Assembly (NCBI GenBank): GCA_963824095.1
Contig: CAWGNS010000008.1
Span: 1,231,200 to 1,295,199 of the forward strand
Direction of reading: 5' to 3'
Source: Terriglobia bacterium
GTDB taxonomy: Bacteria > Acidobacteriota > Terriglobia > Bryobacterales > UBA6623
DNA: 64,000 nucleotides
Position numbers and translations under genes: made by a program. Each line of letters begins with the position of its first letter. Position 1 is the first letter of the stretch. The notes beneath the pieces were generated by a model, which was not told the DNA's origin, did not search any database, and worked only from the letters and a program-made list of their open reading frames with translations. Positions 59,118 to 64,000 of the stretch are shown here, piece after piece.

Positions 59118-60744
59118 ATGAAGTTGTCCATGGCTTGGAGGCTGGGTGTGGGGGCGTGCCTGCTGGCGGGGTTGATGACCGCGCCGGCGCTGGCGCAGGT
59201 CGGGGCGACGGGAGCTACGGGACCTGCCGGACCTACCGGACTTACCGGGAGCGACGGGAGCAATGGGCCCGCCAGGGACCTCAAGGCCTGACCGGGGCTA
59301 AGGGTCCCAAGGCGTCGCGGGGGCGCCGGGCGCCGCTGGCGCGGAGGGCGCCACGGGACCTCAGGGGCCCTGCCGGACCCCAGGGGGCCACCGGGTTGAC
59401 CGGTGCGACCGGAGCGCAAGGCAGTCGCAGGGCCGTTGGCCGGCTGGACCGGTGGGCCCGGCTGGACCAGCGGGCGCGGTTGGACCTGCCGGCGCGGTCG
59501 GACCTGCCGGCGCCGTTGGGCCAGCCGGTGCCGTCGGGCCAGCCGGGGCTGTCGGCGCTATCGGGCCTATTGGCCCCCAGGGAGCACAAGGAATCCAAGG
59601 TTTGGTCGGGCCCACCGGGCCAATCGGCCCTGTCGGACCAATCGGGCCAACCGGCCCCCAGGGCATTCAAGGATTGGTGGGGCCGACGGGCGCCATAGGC
59701 CCCGTGGGTCCCGCCGGCACACAGGGAATCGAGGGCCTGCGAGGCCCCTCCGGCCCGCCGGGCCCGGAGGGAGCAACCGGGCCGCTGGGTCTGCAGGGGC
59801 CTGCCGGGCCGATCGGGCTGCGGGGCGGGGCCGGGCCCAGCGTGGAATCGATCGCTCTGATGCGCTGGTACGCCGCGGCGCAAACAGGCGCGCAGTTTTC
59901 GGTCGGCTCGCGGCCCAAGGCGCTGGCCTTCGACGGCGAAGACATCTGGGTCGCCAACGAGCTCGGCAACAACCTGACCCGCATTCGGGCCAGCGACGGG
60001 GCCGTCATCGAGACGGTGGGCGGAATCCCCTCGCCGATCGCGCTGGCCTTCGACGGCGACCACATCTGGGCGGCGAATTCGAACAGCAACACCGTCTCGA
60101 AGATCGCTGTCGACGAACAGATCCGGCCGCCGCGGGCGCGCACGGACTCGGGTTCGCGGATCGTCGGTGTCTACCCCGTAGGCGCCAATCCGACGGCGCT
60201 GGCGTTCGACGGAGCCCAGATCTGGGTGGCGAACTTCTCGGCTAACTCGATCACCAAGCTGCGCGCCAGCACCGGCGAACGGCTGGCTACGATCCCGGTC
60301 GGTTCCGGGCCCAACGCGCTGGCTTTCGACGGAGCGTTCATCTGGGTGACCAACCAGTTTGACGCCACGGTTTCAAAGGTTCGCGCGGTGGACGGCGCCG
60401 TGGTCGGGACCTACCCGGTGGGAGCCGAGCCTTCCGGCTTGGCCTTTGACGGCCAAACGATCTGGGTCACCAATCGCGCCGACAACTCGGTCGTTGCGCT
60501 GCGCGCCTCCGACGGCAACCGGCTGGGGGTGGCGACCGTGGGCAACCTGCCGACGGCGATCGCCTTCGACGGCGTGAACCTGTGGGTGGCCAACGCCGGC
60601 GACAACTCGGTGACCAAGCTGCGGGCCGTCGACGGCGCGAACCTGGGCACCTTCCAGGCAGGAGCGGTGCCGATTGCGCTGTCTTTCGACGGCGTCTACG
60701 TCTGGGTGGCCAACCAGGCCAGCAACACGTTGTCGAAACTGTGA
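59118..60744 (+). CDS. Exported collagen-like protein (~70 Gly-X-Y triplets) with C-terminal seven-bladed YVTN/YncE-like beta-propeller; several frameshifts in 59240-59450
   Basis: GGAGGAG RBS, signal peptide ending [16 protein letters not shown] triplets switching between frames, seven FDG..(I/L/V)W(V/A).N repeats. Confidence 0.85.
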
Positions 60745-61158
60745 GGCGGCAACGATGAGGCGCGCCGGGCCGCGGCGGTGTCTGGCCGGCTTCAACCCGG
60801 ACGCACCTTGGGCCCGTTCGGAAGTTGGCTGCCTCCTGAGGTTGCCCGAGCGGGCGGCGGCGCCTGAATCCAAGGCGTGTTCAGCAACCCGCGGCCGAGT
60901 GTTCGCGAGCATACTCCCCCGGCCGCGGGCTTGGGCAATCCGTGCAATATCGTCGCGCGCTCGGTTGCGCGCCCATTACGGAGGCGCATACACTCGATAG
61001 ACACCGCGCGCGGAAGAGTTGGATTGCCGCTTTGTGTTTGCGGCGGGAGCCGGCTCCAGCGCGCCCAGATGCACTCGGCGCCTTGCCGCGCAGTACCAGG
61101 GGCGGCGGAACCAGTGGCGCGTTCCGGCAAGCCTGAGGGCCAAGCGAATCTCAGACTG

Positions 61159-62727
61159 ATGCGGCGGTTCTCATCCAACTTCGCGGCTACACTGCTGCTC
61201 GCCTTGTGCGCGGCGGTTCTTTCCGCGCAACAGCCCGCGACGCTCGGCATTGCAACCGACTCGCCGCTGGCGCCGGGGATGGTCGGCAGCCAATACCGGC
61301 AACCGCTGCAGGCCAGCGGCGGAACCCCGCCGGTGAGCTGGCGGATCTCGGGAGGCCAACTCCCACCCGGCCTGTCGTTGGACGCCGCTAGCGGGGTGAT
61401 CGCAGGCGTCCCCACGACGCTGGGAACCTTCCCCTTTCAGGTCCGCGCCGACGACAGCGGCGGCCAGGTGGCCCAAAAGGCCTTTTCGATCACCATCGAC
61501 CCGCAGGCCCTCACCATCACCAACAACGCGACGCTGCCGCGGGCGCGCGTCGGGGTCGACTACCTGACGCAGCTCAACGCCGCCGGCGGAATCCAGCCCT
61601 ACGGCAACTGGCGGGTGACCGAAGGCTTGCTGCCGGCGGGAATCGTGCTGCAGGCCGGCGACGGGCAATTGAGCGGCTCGCCGACCGCGTTCGGCTCGTT
61701 CGCCTTCACCGTGCGCGTCGACGACGGCGCCTTCGAGAGCGCCTCGAAATCGTTCACGCTGGTGGTCGATCCCGGCGCGCTGACCATCCTCACCGCCTCG
61801 CCGCTTCCGCTAGGGACAGTGGGAACCGCCTACCAGCAGACGCTCGCGGCCTCTGGCGGTCCGACGCCGTTCCGGTGGCAGGCGCAGGACAGCCTGCCCC
61901 AGGGGCTGGCGCTGAACGCCGCGACCGGCGCGATCAGCGGCACCCCCGGCGCCGTGGGCGCGTTCCAGTTCGACGTCCAGGTCAGCGATGCCTCCGGCGC
62001 AACCGCCGTGCGACCGTTCGCGCTGACCATCGCCGACCCCCAGGCGACGATTTCGATCGAGGGCGACCCAGGCCCCGCCCAGCAGGGTCGCATCCGGCTG
62101 ACCATGGCGACGGCTCATCCGTTTTCCATCGCCGGGCAGATCAGCCTGACCTTCGAGCCGGACGCCATTCATAACGGCAACGATGGCATGGTGCTGTTCT
62201 CCAACAACAGCAAGACCGTGCAATTCACCATTCCGGCGAACAGCGCCGAGGCGGAGTTCGCCCCCGGTGAGTTGAGCCTGCAAACCGGGACCACGGCCGG
62301 GCGTATCACGTTGAGCGTCACGGCGATGCAAGCCGGAAGCCAGGCCATCCCGCTGGCCTCGGCGGCGAAGTTGGTCATCTCGATCGAGCAGACGCCGCCG
62401 GTCATTACCGAAGCGGCCCTCAGCGGCCGCTCAGCGACCGGATTCACGCTGCAGATCAGCGGGTATGCGACACCCCGGGAAGTAACCCGCGCGGTGTTCC
62501 GATTCACACCGGTCTCCGGCCACACCTTGCAAAACACGCAGGCCACGGTGGATCTCACCGAACCGGCCAACACCTGGTACGAAGACCCCGAATCGGCAGC
62601 CACCGGCGGCTCGTTTGTCTACACGCAGCCGTTCACGATCCAGGGCGACCTCAGTGCAATTCAGTCGGTGGCCGTCACGCTGACCAATTCGCGCGGCGAC
62701 TCGCAGCAGGCCACGGTAAGTTTTTGA
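61159..62727 (+). CDS. Exported protein with three putative Ig (He_PIG/cadherin-like) repeats and an unnamed C-terminal beta domain
   Basis: Three repeats L..G.VG..Y...L.A.GG..P..W.....LP.GL.L....G.I.G.P...G.F.F.V...D; signal peptide. Confidence 0.85.
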   Translation: MRRFSSNFAATLLLALCAAVLSAQQPATLGIATDSPLAPGMVGSQYRQPLQASGGTPPVSWRISGGQLPPGLSLDAASGVIAGVPTTLGTFPFQVRADDSGGQVAQKAFSITIDPQALTITNNATLPRARVGVDYLTQLNAAGGIQPYGNWRVTEGLLPAGIVLQAGDGQLSGSPTAFGSFAFTVRVDDGAFESASKSFTLVVDPGALTILTASPLPLGTVGTAYQQTLAASGGPTPFRWQAQDSLPQGLALNAATGAISGTPGAVGAFQFDVQVSDASGATAVRPFALTIADPQATISIEGDPGPAQQGRIRLTMATAHPFSIAGQISLTFEPDAIHNGNDGMVLFSNNSKTVQFTIPANSAEAEFAPGELSLQTGTTAGRITLSVTAMQAGSQAIPLASAAKLVISIEQTPPVITEAALSGRSATGFTLQISGYATPREVTRAVFRFTPVSGHTLQNTQATVDLTEPANTWYEDPESAATGGSFVYTQPFTIQGDLSAIQSVAVTLTNSRGDSQQATVSF

Positions 62728-63044
62728 TTCTGTTGCGGAAACGACCGGCAGCGACAGGCTCCCAAAGGGGCGCGGAACGCAAAGCGCTAGACAGCGCGCA
62801 GGTCGAGCTGACCGGTTGCCGAACCGGAACGTTGCGATGTTCCCAGCGCAAGGCATAAGTCAGGCGCGGCACGCCTTGCGGCGATCGCCAGCAAGGCGGC
62901 TGGCAGAGCAGCCCCCGAGGCGCGTCCGCGGCGCAGCCAAGGCCCTTTCCGCGAAACAATACCGGCGAAGGAGCCATGAAACCACCCTTCGCCTGCACTG
63001 CGGCCATTTGCATATTGGACTAACTTGAAATAGCGTATTGGCGT

Positions 63045-64000
63045 ATGGAGAAGCTGGGACGATATCAGGTCCAGCGCAAAGTGGAGGCAGCCGGCGGTCC
63101 GCTGTATGTGGGATCGGAGGCCAACGGTGGCCGTACGGCGGAATTGAGGCCGGTGCGGTTCACTGCCGGAGCTTCCTCCGACAAGCTGGCGAGCTCGTGG
63201 CGCAACCCCTATGACGAGGTTTGCGCGGCGGTAGCGTTGCAGCATCCCAACATCGCGGAAGTTTACGAAATCTTTCAACACGAGGGGCAGAGCTGGGTTG
63301 CCAGCGAGGTGGCGAGCGGCCAGAATCTGGCGGCGCGGTTGGCCGAAGGTACGCCGCTGGACGAGCCTGCCATTCTCGAACTGCTGCGGCAGACCGCCGA
63401 CGCGCTGGACTACGCGCACGGCACGGGACTGCTGCACCGCGCCCTGCGGCCCGCCAATATCGAGTTCCCGGCCGGCGGCGCCGCCCGCGTTTACGAGTTC
63501 GGCCTGACGCAGTATTTTCTGGACGCGCCCGAAGCCGGCAACCCGGGGGACCGGGCCTACCTGGCGCCCGAGCTGATCCGCAATGAACGCCTCACCAACC
63601 GCTGCGACCAGTTTTCTCTCGCCGCGATCGCCTACGAAATGTTGACGGGCGAGGCGCCGTTTCAGGGCAGCGCGGAGCAGATTCGCTCCGCCATCGTCGA
63701 GCAGGACCCCCTGCCGGCCGACGGCCTGAACCCGGTGATCGGACCGGCGGCGGCCCGCGCCCTGGCGCGGGGGTTGGCGAAGCGCCCCGCAGAGCGCTAC
63801 AGCAGTTGCCGCGAGTTCGTCGGGGCGCTGCAGCGGGCACTGGCGCTGGCGCCGGGATGGCGCACCGGGGACGCCGATCCGCTCCCCCCGGGGCCTGTCG
63901 AGGCGGCCCCAAACGGGCCCCAGCCGATCCGCGCGCAGGCCGATCGCTTGGTGGACGACCTCGTCGCCGAGCTCGCCAGCGGGCCCGAACAGCAGACCGG
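63045..64000 (+). CDS. Hanks-type Ser/Thr kinase-fold protein, probable pseudokinase; runs off the window end (absent from the ORF track)
   Basis: Hand translation: MEKLGRYQV...LQHPNIAEVYE...ALDYAH..GLLHRALRPANI...VYEFGL...YLAPE...DQFSLAAIAYEMLTGEAPF; no stop before 64000. Confidence 0.88.
   Translation, partial: MEKLGRYQVQRKVEAAGGPLYVGSEANGGRTAELRPVRFTAGASSDKLASSWRNPYDEVCAAVALQHPNIAEVYEIFQHEGQSWVASEVASGQNLAARLAEGTPLDEPAILELLRQTADALDYAHGTGLLHRALRPANIEFPAGGAARVYEFGLTQYFLDAPEAGNPGDRAYLAPELIRNERLTNRCDQFSLAAIAYEMLTGEAPFQGSAEQIRSAIVEQDPLPADGLNPVIGPAAARALARGLAKRPAERYSSCREFVGALQRALALAPGWRTGDADPLPPGPVEAAPNGPQPIRAQADRLVDDLVAELASGPEQQT

Noticed and set aside
59452..59560. 18-bp periodic repeats as a CRISPR or non-coding array
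   Set aside because: They encode GPAGAV collagen units with synonymous third-position variation.
60877..61158. N-terminal extension of the Ig-repeat ORF (likewise extensions at 35651, 41310, 41367 and 48258)
   Set aside because: Signal peptides or RBS sites mark later starts; extensions overlap other genes, REPINs or intergenic DNA.

Overview
High-GC bacterial chromosomal segment. Gene content (a TIGR03437-type C-terminal domain protein, a DUF1501 protein, many TPR/Ig surface proteins) points to Acidobacteriota, probably Bryobacterales-like; this is inference. About 45 CDS: LPS/lipid A genes (heptose kinase, gmhA, a waaA-lpxK fusion, waaF, lpxL), housekeeping genes (surE, tsaE, nnr, ileS, a YbaK-type editing protein), hydrolases and oxidoreductases, transporters, and a terminal envelope cluster (Ig protein, duplicated GT-C membrane glycosyltransferase, collagen-like beta-propeller protein, Ig-repeat protein, Ser/Thr pseudokinase). 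I found no rRNA, tRNA or CRISPR array. Most notable: (1) a type-2 IleRS with KESKS instead of KMSKS, followed by a ~113-aa insertion resembling a double-psi beta-barrel; (2) a TPR + beta-barrel gene co-oriented with a glycoside-hydrolase-like gene, resembling an exopolysaccharide export module and separated by a Y1 transposase remnant missing from the ORF track; (3) three families of REP/REPIN-like palindromic elements; (4) a kinase lacking its catalytic residues. Several genes (ileS, the collagen gene, the GT-C gene, one hypothetical) carry single-base frameshifts that most likely reflect consensus errors. All family calls come from motif recognition by eye, not database searches.
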